A DNA stretch of 64,000 nucleotides from a virus (IMGVR_UViG_3300047323_000477:304-64303), one strand, 5' to 3'. Shown: positions 1 to 10,115, counted from the stretch's first letter. Numbers and translations: made by a program. Notes: generated by a model not told the origin, from the sequence alone.

Positions 1-75
1 TGAGATCCGCAAGGAGAGCGCCGCCGTCGTGGCCGCCGAGACCGAGCTCGCCCACACCGACGTGGTCGGCGCCCG

Positions 76-528
76 ATGAGCGCCCCGATGACGCCGGAGC
101 GCGAAGCCGAGTACCGCGCCCTCATCGCTCGCACGACCGACCTCGGCGCCCTCGTGGCTTCCCCCGGGGTGCTGCAGGTGCTGCTGGCCGAGCTGGACCG
201 TGTCCGCGCTGAGCTAGCCGACACTCAGGAGAACTTGGCGTTCCTCCACCGGAACACGCTGCCTGAGGTGCGCCGAGAGTCGCAGCGGCACGAGGCCGGC
301 AAGAAGCGCTGGCGTGACCGCGCGCAGAAGGCCGAAGCCGCCCTGGCCGCCAAGCCCGCCCAGGTTCTCCGCGACCTCGCCCTCATCGTGGTGGATTCCT
401 GCCCAGACCATCAGCCCGCTGACACCGAGGGGTCCTGGATGGACTGCCACTGCCCCGTCGCGGACGAGTTCCGCCGCATGGCAGCCGTGACGGCAGCCGT
501 GAGCGAGAAGAGCAGCCGCACCTCGTGA
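76..528 (+). CDS. Hypothetical phage protein, coiled coil
   Basis: 150 aa ORF with ATGA overlap to the upstream partial gene. Confidence 0.75.
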   Translation: MSAPMTPEREAEYRALIARTTDLGALVASPGVLQVLLAELDRVRAELADTQENLAFLHRNTLPEVRRESQRHEAGKKRWRDRAQKAEAALAAKPAQVLRDLALIVVDSCPDHQPADTEGSWMDCHCPVADEFRRMAAVTAAVSEKSSRTS

Positions 529-659
529 CCTGGCCCACCGCACCCGAGCTCATAGCCGCCGCGCTGGGAGTCACCGCACTCCTCATGATCTGCGCCTCCC
601 AGCACGGCATCGGCACCACCAACCCGCAAGACCCGCCGGACGACGGAGACAAACCGTGA
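525..659 (+). CDS. Small membrane protein (44 aa)
   Basis: GTG start with GTGA overlaps on both sides; hydrophobic stretch ELIAAALGVTALLMIC. Confidence 0.55.
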   Translation: MTWPTAPELIAAALGVTALLMICASQHGIGTTNPQDPPDDGDKP

Positions 660-1228
660 CCAGGAAGACCAGCACCAGCACCGAGCAGCGCCCGCGCCCC
701 GCAGCCAAGAAGCGCACCGCACGCCCCGCGCCCAAGAAGCGCACGGCCGCCCAGCTCCCCCCGGTACGCGCAGTCCTCCCCGTCCGACCCCACAACACCG
801 ACACCCCGCCCACCGCCTACCCCGAGTTCATCACCGAGCAGCAGATCAAAGCCGCCTACGCCGCCCGCCTCGCCGACCTCCCCCTCATACCCATCACCGC
901 CTGGACCCCCCAGCCCGACGGCACCGTCCGCGCCCACTTCCCCGCCGGGGCCAGCCTCACCCACACCCCCACCGGCTTCCACGCCCTCACCCCCTGCCCC
1001 AACGGCGCCCTACACCACCACCACATCACCAACGGCACCGAACTCCGCCACGCCGCCGCAGCCACCGCCCACTGCACCAACCTCCACGGCCAGCCCCGCG
1101 TACTCACCCTCACCCAAGCCGACACCACCAACGCCGACACCCAGCAACTTGCCCGCGACGACATCGACACCGGCCTCGCCAACCGCACCCCCGATACCGA
1201 GACGCCGAAGGAGCACCCCCAGCCATGA
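656..1228 (+). CDS. Hypothetical phage protein with basic N-terminus
   Basis: RBS GGAG; coupled ORF; repeated RP(A)AKKRTA motif. Confidence 0.75.
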   Translation: MTRKTSTSTEQRPRPAAKKRTARPAPKKRTAAQLPPVRAVLPVRPHNTDTPPTAYPEFITEQQIKAAYAARLADLPLIPITAWTPQPDGTVRAHFPAGASLTHTPTGFHALTPCPNGALHHHHITNGTELRHAAAATAHCTNLHGQPRVLTLTQADTTNADTQQLARDDIDTGLANRTPDTETPKEHPQP

Positions 1229-1632
1229 CCACGCCCCACAACCAGACGTACATCGAAGGCCTCGTCACCGACCTCGTCGTCCGGACCGACGCCAACGCAC
1301 TCGTACTCGCAGAGAACGGCGACAACCAGCTCGGCCGCCGACACCCCCACCACGCCGGCTACCGCATCTGGAACGGCAACCTCTGCCGGGTCGGCCACCA
1401 CAACAAGGACACCTTCGTCCTCGAGGCCAACGCGATCCTGCCCGGCTACATGTTCGTCGACAGGGCCCACCACGAACACGCCCACCTCGAGCACATCGCC
1501 CTACCGCCCGGATACGACGACGACCCGTCGAACCTCGAGTGGGTCTACTGCGCGGCCAACGCCAACGGCGCTGTCCCCGTCACCGTCGCCATCACCCAGA
1601 CCCGCGACACCGACGAGGGGGCCGGCCAGTGA
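1225..1632 (+). CDS. Hypothetical phage protein
   Basis: RBS AAGGAG; ATGA coupling. Confidence 0.75.
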   Translation: MTTPHNQTYIEGLVTDLVVRTDANALVLAENGDNQLGRRHPHHAGYRIWNGNLCRVGHHNKDTFVLEANAILPGYMFVDRAHHEHAHLEHIALPPGYDDDPSNLEWVYCAANANGAVPVTVAITQTRDTDEGAGQ

Positions 1633-2414
1633 CCGCCATCGAATGGACCGAGCAGACCTGGAACCCGACAACCGGCTGCGACCGCATCAGCCCCGGCTGC
1701 ACGAATTGCTACGCCCTCACCATGGCCAAGCGCCTCAAGGGCATGGGCTCCGCGAAGTACCAGATCGACGGCGACCCACGCACCTCCGGCCCCGGGTTCG
1801 CACTCACCGTCCACCCTGACACCCTCGACGAGCCGCTCCGCTGGAAGAAGCCCCGCAAGGTTTTCGTGAACAGCATGAGCGACCTGTTCCACGCCCGCGT
1901 CCCCGTCGCGTTCATCGTCCAGGTCTGGCGCACCATGCAGGCCACACCGCAGCACACCTACCAGATCCTCACGAAGCGCCCCGAACGCCTCGTGCGTGTC
2001 CTCGACAGGGTCTACGACGCGCTCGGACTGGACGAGCCACTGGCGAACGTGTGGATCGGAACCAGCGTCGAGTCCGACGAGTACGTGCGCCGCATCGACG
2101 CCCTCGCCCAAGTACGCGCCGCTGTCCGGTTCGTGTCCGCGGAACCCTTGCTCGGCCCCCTGCCCTCCGCCGACTTCACCGGCATCGACTGGCTGATCGT
2201 CGGCGGCGAGTCAGGCCCTGGCGCTCGCCCGTTCGACCCGGACTGGGCCGACGGCCTCATCACCGCAGCGCGCGCCACTGGCACAGCCCCCTTCATCAAG
2301 CAGCTCGGCTCCGTCTGGGCCCGCGACAACAACGCGTCCGATGCCAAGGGTGGCAAGCCCGCCGACTGGCCCGAAGCCATCCGCGTCCGGGAGTACCCGG
2401 AGGTGACCCCGTGA
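1629..2414 (+). CDS. DUF5131 (phage Gp37/Gp68) family protein
   Basis: IEWTEQTWNPTTGCDRISPGCTNCYA, FVNSMSDLFH, QILTKRP, SAEPLLG and IVGGESG motifs; GTG start overlapping the upstream stop. Confidence 0.92.
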   Translation: MTAIEWTEQTWNPTTGCDRISPGCTNCYALTMAKRLKGMGSAKYQIDGDPRTSGPGFALTVHPDTLDEPLRWKKPRKVFVNSMSDLFHARVPVAFIVQVWRTMQATPQHTYQILTKRPERLVRVLDRVYDALGLDEPLANVWIGTSVESDEYVRRIDALAQVRAAVRFVSAEPLLGPLPSADFTGIDWLIVGGESGPGARPFDPDWADGLITAARATGTAPFIKQLGSVWARDNNASDAKGGKPADWPEAIRVREYPEVTP

Positions 2415-3196
2415 TCGCCTGCCCCACACCCGACAAGAAGCGCTTCGCCACCGAACGCGCAGCCGCCGACGCCGGACGGCGCCGCCAAATAGCCGCCGGT
2501 CAAATCCTCAACCCCTACCCCTGCGCCTGCACCTGGTGGCACGTCTCCCGATCCGAACCCACTCCCGCACTCCCCACCACACCCCCCGACCCCATCGACG
2601 TCGAACGCCTCAAGACCATTCCCGACATCGCCTTCCGCGGAATCGTCGCCGAAGACGCCACCGGCAAAGCCGCACTGCCCGACCGGCTCGCCCTCCGCCA
2701 CGTCGCCAACCTCCGACGCTGGCAGCGCATCCTCGGCGAACTCCTCATCGACCTCGGCAAGCAGCGCAAAGAAACCCAGAACGACCAGTCCCTCTCCGCA
2801 CACGACTGGCGCAAGCGCAGCGAGTCCTACGAAGCCACCCTCCGCGTTCGCGCCGCCGAATGCCAGCAGCTCCGCTCCGACGCCCAAGTCGAAGCCCTCA
2901 AGCAGGCCCAGGCCGCCGCACAGCGCAAAGCAGACCGCGCCGCCCTCCTGGAAGCACTGAACGACCCAGAAGCCAAGGCGCACCGCGAAGCCACACGGGC
3001 CGCCAAGCACGACCAGAAGGAACTCCGCCGTATCGCCGGCGACGCCGCCATCCAACGCCTCATCGACGCACACGGCACCGAGTGGTGCCAGCTCCTCACC
3101 GAAGAGTGCAACCGCATCGGCGCCGAAGTACCCGCCCGCGTCACCAAATACCTCCGCCCCCAGCGCACCTCACCCGAGATGGAACACGCCGCATGA
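2411..3196 (+). CDS. Hypothetical protein with N-terminal zinc-finger-like motif
   Basis: CPTPDKKRF...YPCACTWWH; GTG start at 2411. Confidence 0.75.
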   Translation: MIACPTPDKKRFATERAAADAGRRRQIAAGQILNPYPCACTWWHVSRSEPTPALPTTPPDPIDVERLKTIPDIAFRGIVAEDATGKAALPDRLALRHVANLRRWQRILGELLIDLGKQRKETQNDQSLSAHDWRKRSESYEATLRVRAAECQQLRSDAQVEALKQAQAAAQRKADRAALLEALNDPEAKAHREATRAAKHDQKELRRIAGDAAIQRLIDAHGTEWCQLLTEECNRIGAEVPARVTKYLRPQRTSPEMEHAA

Positions 3197-3648
3197 CACT
3201 CACCGCCCCCGAGCCCGCCAGCCTCCACAGGCCCCCGTCCTGGCGCATCGAGCTCCCCGTCGGAACCCTCCTCATCAACGCCAACGACAGCCTCCACTTC
3301 CGCAAGAGAGCAGAGCTCGTCAAAGCCCTCCGCGCCACCGCATGGGCCACGGCACGGCAAGCCAAACTCCCCGCCATCCAGCGAGCCCACATCCACTACG
3401 TCATCCACCCCGACACCAAAAGCCGGCGCCGAGACCCAGGGAACTGGTCACCCTCCGCCAAAGCCGCAGTCGACGGACTCGTAGACGCCGGAGTCCTCCC
3501 CGACGACAACCACAAACACCTCATCGGCCCCGACCCCCGCATAGGCCACCCCATCAAGGGATCCCAGCTCGTCCTCTGGATCACCGACCTCGACCAGATG
3601 ACCCCCGACCACATCGCCCTTCTCAACCCGCCCGGAGACCCGTCATGA
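3193..3648 (+). CDS. RusA-like Holliday junction resolvase
   Basis: RRRDPGN...KAAVDGLVDAGVLPDDN motif. Confidence 0.8.
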   Translation: MTLTAPEPASLHRPPSWRIELPVGTLLINANDSLHFRKRAELVKALRATAWATARQAKLPAIQRAHIHYVIHPDTKSRRRDPGNWSPSAKAAVDGLVDAGVLPDDNHKHLIGPDPRIGHPIKGSQLVLWITDLDQMTPDHIALLNPPGDPS

Positions 3649-4310
3649 GCTCGCCGCAGATGAACACAACCCGCCGCGGTAGGAGGCCCGCCGCGCAACG
3701 GCCCGTGGACTGGAAGACCCGCAGCGAATGCCGCGGCGCTGACACTGACGACTTCTTCAGCACGACGACCGCCGAGAAGGACCGCGCCCGCGCCCTGTGC
3801 GCCAAGTGCCCCGTCATAGCCGAGTGCCTGATCGAGCACAGGGCCACGGACGAGGAAATCTACCGGTGGGGTATCGGCGGCGGGTTGGACGCCCATCAGC
3901 GTCGGGCGTTGGAGATGGAGGAGCTGCTCGGGAACCACGCGGACCTTGCCTTGGCCCAGCTGTTGATCTCACCGCGGTGGCTGCTCCGGTTGCAGGACCT
4001 CCGGTCGTCGTGCCGGTCCCTGCAGGAGGTGACGCGGAAGCTGCGGCTGGACGGTCTCCTGGTCAACGAGGTGACCGTGCGGGTCGCGGTGTGGTGGTCC
4101 GGTGGCCACGGTTCGCGGATGGCGTGGAACTGCCCGACTGATCTGCGGCCGCTTCGGTCGCAGATCCGGGAGGACTACATGGACGTTGTCCTGGAGTTGC
4201 GTGCTGCTGGTGCCCGCCAGTCGGACATAGCCGCGTACTTGGGTGTCCCGGGCAGTCAGGGCAGCCAGGCCATCGCGAAGGCCTTGAGGGCTGTGGAGGT
4301 GGCGGCATGA
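3645..4310 (+). CDS. WhiB-family Fe-S transcription factor with C-terminal extension
   Basis: W...C...FF...ALCAKCPV..EC...WGIGGGL; four conserved Cys. Confidence 0.88.
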   Translation: MSSPQMNTTRRGRRPAAQRPVDWKTRSECRGADTDDFFSTTTAEKDRARALCAKCPVIAECLIEHRATDEEIYRWGIGGGLDAHQRRALEMEELLGNHADLALAQLLISPRWLLRLQDLRSSCRSLQEVTRKLRLDGLLVNEVTVRVAVWWSGGHGSRMAWNCPTDLRPLRSQIREDYMDVVLELRAAGARQSDIAAYLGVPGSQGSQAIAKALRAVEVAA

Positions 4311-5236
4311 GCAGGCCGACTCCGCCGCACGGGCACCCGAACCGGTACGCCTACGGGTGCAGGTGCACGCCGTGCACCAAGGCAGCCAGCAGAGCGGACG
4401 CCGAGCGGCGCCTGGACCGCATGGCGGGCCGGTCCCGCAAGGTTCCTGCGGGGCCTGCGCGGGAGCACGCGCAGAAGCTCCTGGAGCAGGGGCTGTCCAT
4501 GGCACAGATTGACCGGGCCAGTGGTGTTCCGGTCACTACTGTGCAGCGCCTGGTCAGAGGTCAGGTCAACCTCAGGCGAGAGAACGCCGAGAAGATCCTG
4601 GCCGTTCCGCTGAAGGTTCGCGTGACCCTCGGGGATGTCTCCGCATGCGGTGCCACCCGCCGGGTTCGTGCCCTGTACGCGCTGGGCCACTTCAACTGGG
4701 AGATCGCTCTGGCAGCCGGGGTGTCCCGGGACACGATCGGCTACCTGGCGGTTGGGAAGTGGTCGACGCTGAGGGTGTCTGCAGATGACGGGGTCCGTGC
4801 CGCGTATGACCAGCTGTCGATGCGGGCCGGCGCGTCAGGGAAGACGCGAATGCTGGCCGAACGGAACGGGTGGGCACCACCGTTGGCATGGGACGACGAC
4901 ACGATCGACGACCCTGCCGCGGTCCCGCAGATCGATGCTGCGCCTGCCGGTTACACCGTGGGCAAGGACGTGGCGGCCCGGTTCCTGATGGGCGAGTCCG
5001 TGGTCCTCGACGACGCGGGTCGCCGCGAGGTCATTGCGCACCTCATGGAGTGGACGCAGCACACCCCGGCTGAGATTGCTGGCCGGCTCGAGATGTCCCC
5101 GGACGCGGTGTCGCGGACGTGGGAGCGCATCAAGCGCAAGGCCCGTGATGAGGGCCGCAAAGCACCGTGGCGGCGGGTGTACGTACCGCTGCGCGACATG
5201 GATCTGACACAAGACGAACTGAGGAGTGTGGCCTGA
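4307..5236 (+). CDS. Phage DNA-binding protein (multiple HTH motifs)
   Basis: HG...[10 protein letters not shown]-terminus; HTH-like [21 protein letters not shown]; [16 protein letters not shown] motif common in actinophages. Confidence 0.75.
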   Translation: MSRPTPPHGHPNRYAYGCRCTPCTKAASRADAERRLDRMAGRSRKVPAGPAREHAQKLLEQGLSMAQIDRASGVPVTTVQRLVRGQVNLRRENAEKILAVPLKVRVTLGDVSACGATRRVRALYALGHFNWEIALAAGVSRDTIGYLAVGKWSTLRVSADDGVRAAYDQLSMRAGASGKTRMLAERNGWAPPLAWDDDTIDDPAAVPQIDAAPAGYTVGKDVAARFLMGESVVLDDAGRREVIAHLMEWTQHTPAEIAGRLEMSPDAVSRTWERIKRKARDEGRKAPWRRVYVPLRDMDLTQDELRSVA

Positions 5237-5799
5237 TGGCTGGCGAGACCGTAATCACGATCATCGGCAATCTAGTCGAAGATCCCGAACTTCGATTCAC
5301 CCCGGCCGGTGCCGCGGTTGCCAAGTTCCGGGTGGCGTCGACCCCGCGGAAGCTGAACCGTGAGACGAACACGTGGGAGGACGACAAGGAAGGGTCGCTC
5401 TTCCTTACCTGCTCGGTGTGGCGTCAGCAGGCCGAGAACGCCGCTGAGAGCCTGCAGAAGGGCATGCGGGTCATCGTGCAGGGCCGGTTGAAGCAGCGGT
5501 CGTACGAGGACCGTGAGGGCGTCAAGCGGACGGTGTACGAGGTGGACGTCGAAGAAGTGGCCGCCAGCCTGAAGAACGCGACGGCGAAGGTGACGAAGGC
5601 TGCCGGGAAGGGTGGCCAGGGCGGCTACGGCGGCCAGCAGGGCGCCGGTTCTGGTGGTGGCGGCCGGCAGGGTGGCGGTGCTGCCGCGGATGACCCGTGG
5701 GCGTCCAGTGCGCCGTCTGGCGGCCAGCAGGGCGGCTGGGGCCAGGGAGGCAGCTCCGGCGGCTCTGGTGGCGGCTACTCGGACGAGGCGCCGTTCTAG
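5236..5799 (+). CDS. ssb: Single-stranded DNA-binding protein
   Basis: [25 protein letters not shown]; Gly-rich linker; acidic tail DEAPF. Confidence 0.97.
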   Translation: MAGETVITIIGNLVEDPELRFTPAGAAVAKFRVASTPRKLNRETNTWEDDKEGSLFLTCSVWRQQAENAAESLQKGMRVIVQGRLKQRSYEDREGVKRTVYEVDVEEVAASLKNATAKVTKAAGKGGQGGYGGQQGAGSGGGGRQGGGAAADDPWASSAPSGGQQGGWGQGGSSGGSGGGYSDEAPF

Positions 5800-5818
5800 C
5801 AGGCAGGCGTAAGGCGTT

Positions 5819-5852
5819 GGGCCCGGTTCCCGGTTGGGGGTCGGGCCCTTTG
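5819..5852 (+). terminator. Intrinsic terminator after ssb
   Basis: GGGCCCGG...TCGGGCCC hairpin followed by TTTGT. Confidence 0.6.
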
Positions 5853-5881
5853 TCGTGCCTGGGTGCTGCGCCTCCGACACG

Positions 5882-5914
5882 CCTATTGCGTACGCCATAG
5901 GGAATGGGTAGTCT
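5882..5914 (+). promoter_or_regulatory. Promoter with overlapping 17-bp operator (copy 1)
   Basis: CCTATTGCGTACGCCAT; TTGCGT-N17-TAGTCT matches HrdB/sigma70 spacing. Confidence 0.65.
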
Positions 5915-5970
5915 GGCAGAGCCGACAACGGAGACGCACACAGCGTCTCGGAGTGATCAAGGGGATTCAC

Positions 5971-6351
5971 ATGCAGACCAAGGGCCAGCAGTTCGCGAAG
6001 GACATGCGGAAGAACCTCGGCATCGGATCCCGCACCCGCCGGACCCGCAACGGCATCGACCTGCACGCCGACATCCTCGAGTGCATCCGCACCGCCACCT
6101 ACAACAACGGCTGGTACAGCGAGCAGCGCACCGACCTGTTCCGTGCCGCATTCGGTGCCCAGATGGCTTACGAGAAGCACATCGCCGGCTACCGCGTGGA
6201 CCCCAGCGTCCAGCGCTACGTCAGCGAGCTGTCGCCGTACCAGTTCTGCAACCTCCTCGGCCGCATGGTCGACGCCGGGATCAGCAACGTGGGCGAAGGC
6301 GAGCTCTTCTTCCAGCAGCTCCGCGCCGAGCTCTACGCCCAGGCGGCATGA
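5971..6351 (+). CDS. Hypothetical protein
   Basis: RBS AAGGGG before the ATG at 5971; good GC3 bias. Confidence 0.75.
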   Translation: MQTKGQQFAKDMRKNLGIGSRTRRTRNGIDLHADILECIRTATYNNGWYSEQRTDLFRAAFGAQMAYEKHIAGYRVDPSVQRYVSELSPYQFCNLLGRMVDAGISNVGEGELFFQQLRAELYAQAA

Positions 6352-6458
6352 CCATGCTCTGCGACTGCGACACCTGCTGCGACACATGCGGACACGACAC
6401 CAACTGCATGTCCCAGCAGGCGCCGGCCGCCGACCCCAGCGACGACTACACCCGCTGA
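6348..6458 (+). CDS. Small Cys-rich peptide (36 aa)
   Basis: ATGA coupling; MTMLCDCDTCCDTCGHDTNC. Confidence 0.5.
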   Translation: MTMLCDCDTCCDTCGHDTNCMSQQAPAADPSDDYTR

Positions 6459-6562
6459 CCCCCCTGCCCGGTCTCCTCGCCCCCTGGGAGACCGCCCGGG
6501 CCGCGCCCCAGCACCCCCCTGAGGGCGCGGCCCCCCATTTCTGAGACCCCATGGAGCCACGA

Positions 6563-6739
6563 ATGACCCTGCTCGAGCGCCTCATCAACGAATCCATCCC
6601 GGACGGCACCTACGGCGACGTCGACCGCCGCCCGTGGACCCCGGCCGAGCAGCTCGCGCACCGCATGGTCCTCGAGGAGGCCATTGACGGCTGGAGCTGG
6701 AAGGCCGACCCCCGCAACCGCACCAAGCGTGCCGCGTGA
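6563..6739 (+). CDS. Small hypothetical protein
   Basis: RBS GGAG upstream of the ATG at 6563. Confidence 0.6.
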   Translation: MTLLERLINESIPDGTYGDVDRRPWTPAEQLAHRMVLEEAIDGWSWKADPRNRTKRAA

Positions 6740-6838
6740 AGCAGCGCAACTACCGCGCCTGACCCACTGACCGGTTCCCCCACCCCCATCCGGGACCGCA
6801 TCCCTTACCCCGCCACACCAGCTGTACCTGGAGGAACC

Positions 6839-7570
6839 ATGAAGCGTCAGATAGTCCGTGCCGCGCGTGCCTCAGTGCTCGCCGCCGTAGCGGTCACCAC
6901 GGCCCTCACCGCGACCGCTGAGGCCGCCACTCCCGGGCAGGCGGTTGCTGGACCGGGCTGGAATCTGATCAGCCCAGAGCAGACCACGTCGCTCGCGCCC
7001 GGCACGTACACCATCCAGTTCGACAGCACGGCGGCCCGCACCAAGCTGACGTCGTACCTCAAGCTCGCCGCCGCCAACACCCAGAAGCAGACGGCCGGCG
7101 TGAAGTTCGTCGTCTCCACCACGATCCAGAAGCGGGTCACGACCGGCTGCCAGAAGGCCGGGACGCTGGTCGCCTCTCTGGAGTACCGGCCCATTGGCAA
7201 GAAGGGCTTCTCGTGGGGCGGGAACTGCTACCGCCTGACGGATCACAGCCTGTTCTCGGGGGCCATGCGGTTCGACACCGAGTGGTGGTACCCGAAGTGG
7301 TTCTCCACCAACGCGACCACCAACGAGTACAAGATCCGCAACTACACGACGCACGAGTTCGGCCACGCGATCGGCCTGGGCCACCCCAACCGGGACCTGA
7401 ACCACGACGGGGTCATCCGGGACTACGAGTGCCCGCTGAACAAGGACAAGACGCGGCCCCTGATGTGCTCGCCCAACGGTGGCGTGGTCACCAGCACGGG
7501 AGCGGGCAACTACACGCCCCTGGACATCCCGGGCCTTCGGGCGCTCGTCGCCAACTACCAGTACCGGTGA
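6839..7570 (+). CDS. Secreted metzincin (matrixin/M10-like) zinc metalloprotease
   Basis: Sec signal peptide ending AEA-A; HEFGHAIGLGH zinc motif; Met-turn PLMC; RBS GGAGG. Confidence 0.88.
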   Translation: MKRQIVRAARASVLAAVAVTTALTATAEAATPGQAVAGPGWNLISPEQTTSLAPGTYTIQFDSTAARTKLTSYLKLAAANTQKQTAGVKFVVSTTIQKRVTTGCQKAGTLVASLEYRPIGKKGFSWGGNCYRLTDHSLFSGAMRFDTEWWYPKWFSTNATTNEYKIRNYTTHEFGHAIGLGHPNRDLNHDGVIRDYECPLNKDKTRPLMCSPNGGVVTSTGAGNYTPLDIPGLRALVANYQYR

Positions 7571-7673
7571 CCGCCGTGACCGCGTTCCTGCTGTGGCCGC
7601 TCGCCTTTGCCGAGCTCACACCGCGCGCCCTCGCACACCTCATCCGCACCCTCGCCCCCAAGGAGAACTGACC

Positions 7674-8156
7674 ATGACCGACACCCACGAGTCCGGCGCC
7701 TACTACTGGAACGCCGACACCGACGAGTGCCCGCACAGCACCGAGCCCAACATCAAGACCGACGGCGAAGCGTGGGACCTCTGGAGCGATCGGCACCCCG
7801 TCAGCGACGACGGCCGCATCTGCCTCGATGCGCCTGCCGGTGAAGCCTGTCTGGCCTGCTCCGCCGAGGACGGCGAGATGGTGCCGTGGGCGGCCTGCCG
7901 GGTTCGCGAGCACGCCCGTCCCAAGCAGGGGGTTGTTCCGAACGTGGACGCCGAGCACCAGCCCGTAACCGTCTGGGTCGGCACCTTCGAGTGCTTGGAC
8001 CGTGAGTGCGAGGAGTACTTCACCGACGACGGCGACTCCGACCCGGGCGTGGAGCGCTGCTCACACATCCGCGAGGAGACCGCCTGCTCATGCCAGCGGC
8101 AGAACGACGGCGAGTACGGCAGCGAGCCGTGCCCGGCACTGGTCGTGGCCTCATGA
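7674..8156 (+). CDS. Acidic Cys-rich hypothetical protein
   Basis: RBS AAGGAG; about 11 Cys. Confidence 0.7.
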   Translation: MTDTHESGAYYWNADTDECPHSTEPNIKTDGEAWDLWSDRHPVSDDGRICLDAPAGEACLACSAEDGEMVPWAACRVREHARPKQGVVPNVDAEHQPVTVWVGTFECLDRECEEYFTDDGDSDPGVERCSHIREETACSCQRQNDGEYGSEPCPALVVAS

Positions 8157-8620
8157 CCGACCCGATCGCCGTCCAGCACGCCGCGTCCCGCGCCTGGTCC
8201 CTGTTCACGCAGGACCGGCAGACCACCGAAACCGTGGAGAACTGGGAGACGAGCACGACCCCGGACGGTTCTCCGTGCCTGTCCGGCCAGGTGGTCGGGG
8301 CGAACCCGGAGGCGGCGCTGCGCTTGTTCACCGCGGACTACCCGATACCCCTCGGCCAGCCCGGGGACCAGCGCCCGACGGTGGAGTACCGGGATGGCCG
8401 TGTCGTCACGGTGTGGCGGTCTGCGGGGGTGTGGGTGGAGTTGTGGCACCCGGAGGCCCCGACACCCCGCCCGGGCCCGCAGGCGGGCGCACAGAGACCC
8501 GCACGCCCCGTTCCCGCCCCGCCACGCCGCACCGTCAACACCCCGTCCGGCCGGCTCCCCCTCGGACAACGCCTCACCAACATCCGCCGCCAGTACGCCA
8601 ACAAGGAGACCGCCCGATGA
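8153..8620 (+). CDS. Hypothetical protein
   Basis: ATGA-coupled ORF. Confidence 0.7.
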   Translation: MTDPIAVQHAASRAWSLFTQDRQTTETVENWETSTTPDGSPCLSGQVVGANPEAALRLFTADYPIPLGQPGDQRPTVEYRDGRVVTVWRSAGVWVELWHPEAPTPRPGPQAGAQRPARPVPAPPRRTVNTPSGRLPLGQRLTNIRRQYANKETAR

Positions 8621-9132
8621 CCACCGCCCTCGAGACCAAGGCGGTCGTCGGCGGCCGCGTCGAGTTCGCCTACTACCGCGACCAGGACACCTACCTCCCC
8701 GGCATCATCACCGCGGTCACCGAGGACGAGGCCAGTCTCCGGATCCGCCTCGACGGCGCCCGGTCGAACCTCGCTGTACGCCCCGACTACGACGGACTGC
8801 GCTACCTCGACGACGTCGTCTCCGTACCCGCCCTGCCCATGGGCCGCTTCCACCCCACCGCCGGCGACTTCGGCGGTACCTGGGAAGGCGTGGCCGTCTG
8901 CCAGTTCGAAGACGAAGACATCGTCATCCTCACCGCGGACTGCCGTCCTGCCGCTGTTGCACTCCTCGCCTACTGCGCCGACATGGGCATCGACAGCGAA
9001 TCCCTCGCTCCGATGGAGACCCACTGGGTGGTCTTCGAGTGGCAGCCCGAGGACGACGAATCCCAGTGGCTCATGCACTTCGCCAAGCAGGGCGACGACA
9101 TGGCCATCCAGATCCACTACCTGCCCGCCTGA
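8617..9132 (+). CDS. Hypothetical protein
   Basis: RBS AAGGAG; ATGA coupling. Confidence 0.72.
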   Translation: MTTALETKAVVGGRVEFAYYRDQDTYLPGIITAVTEDEASLRIRLDGARSNLAVRPDYDGLRYLDDVVSVPALPMGRFHPTAGDFGGTWEGVAVCQFEDEDIVILTADCRPAAVALLAYCADMGIDSESLAPMETHWVVFEWQPEDDESQWLMHFAKQGDDMAIQIHYLPA

Positions 9133-9147
9133 GAAGGAGAACTGACC

Positions 9148-9453
9148 ATGTCCGACACCCGAATCGAAGAGATCCGCGCCCGCGCTGACGCCGCAACCCC
9201 GGGCCACTGGGGCACCAGCTACGACGGCAAAGGCACGTACACGATCGAGGCTCAGCCGCGGCTCATCCCCGGCCAGGGGATCGTCAACGAGGGGGCTGTC
9301 GCCACGCTGGCCGGCGAGCACGGTGACGGGCAGACGTACTCCAACGCCCGCTTCGCCGCCCACGCCCGCGAGGACGTCCCGTTCCTGCTGGCCCGCATTG
9401 CCCAACTCGAGGCGCTGCTCGCCCTTCAGACGCCGGATGGAGCCGGCAAGTGA
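9148..9453 (+). CDS. Ead/Ea22-like phage protein
   Basis: IRARADAATPGHW...NARFAAHAREDVPFLLARI motif. Confidence 0.75.
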   Translation: MSDTRIEEIRARADAATPGHWGTSYDGKGTYTIEAQPRLIPGQGIVNEGAVATLAGEHGDGQTYSNARFAAHAREDVPFLLARIAQLEALLALQTPDGAGK

Positions 9454-10115
9454 CCGTCTCCGCACAGGTGGGCCCGTCGCCTTCGGGTGGCGGGCCCAGC
9501 GCGTACAACGACGGCTACGGGGATGCCCCCACCGTCGACGAAGCTCTCGCCGACTACGACGCCTGGCTCCACCGCCGCGCGCACCAGATGCTGCCGTCCA
9601 CCGACCACCGGCACGACGACCTCGTCCAAGAAGGCCGGATAGCGATGTGGCAGGCCTACCGCCAGCACGACCCGGCGAAGGGTGCACTGCCGTCCTGGCT
9701 GACGCAGAACGCCACGTGGCACATGCGGGAGGTCCTGGCGCGGCGTGGGAAGTGGACGGGCAGCCCGGCCCGTCTGCATGGCCGGCACCCGGTTCAGGAC
9801 CTGCCGACCGAGTCCCTGGACGTCCTACTGGATCCGTCGGATGACGGGCGCAGAGATGAGACGGCGGGCGGCGTGGTCCCGGACATTGCCGACGTGGCGA
9901 TGACCGCCTACCACCGTGCCGAGATCGTGGAGGCTCTCGCCGGCCTCACCGCGGGGCAGCGCCGCTATGTGTTGCACCGGTTCTGGGGCGATGCGGTGGG
10001 GGCGGAGTTGAAGGCCGAGTTCGGCTACGACCCGAAGGCGTTGTGGAGCCGTTCCGGCCGTGCTGCGGCGCGTGACCAGCTGGCTGATTCCCTCGCCCAC
10101 TTGAACGCAGCGTGA
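9450..10115 (+). CDS. Sigma-70 family RNA polymerase sigma factor (group 3/4-like)
   Basis: Region 2 DDLVQEGRIAMWQAYRQHDPAKG; region 4-like ALAGLTAGQRRYV. Confidence 0.78.
   Translation: MTVSAQVGPSPSGGGPSAYNDGYGDAPTVDEALADYDAWLHRRAHQMLPSTDHRHDDLVQEGRIAMWQAYRQHDPAKGALPSWLTQNATWHMREVLARRGKWTGSPARLHGRHPVQDLPTESLDVLLDPSDDGRRDETAGGVVPDIADVAMTAYHRAEIVEALAGLTAGQRRYVLHRFWGDAVGAELKAEFGYDPKALWSRSGRAAARDQLADSLAHLNAA

Noticed and set aside
760-5800. Abrupt switch from C-rich to G-rich plus strand near 3.8 kb
   Set aside because: Visible but not quantified; explained by codon-position preference and mosaic origin of the genes, with no specific structure found
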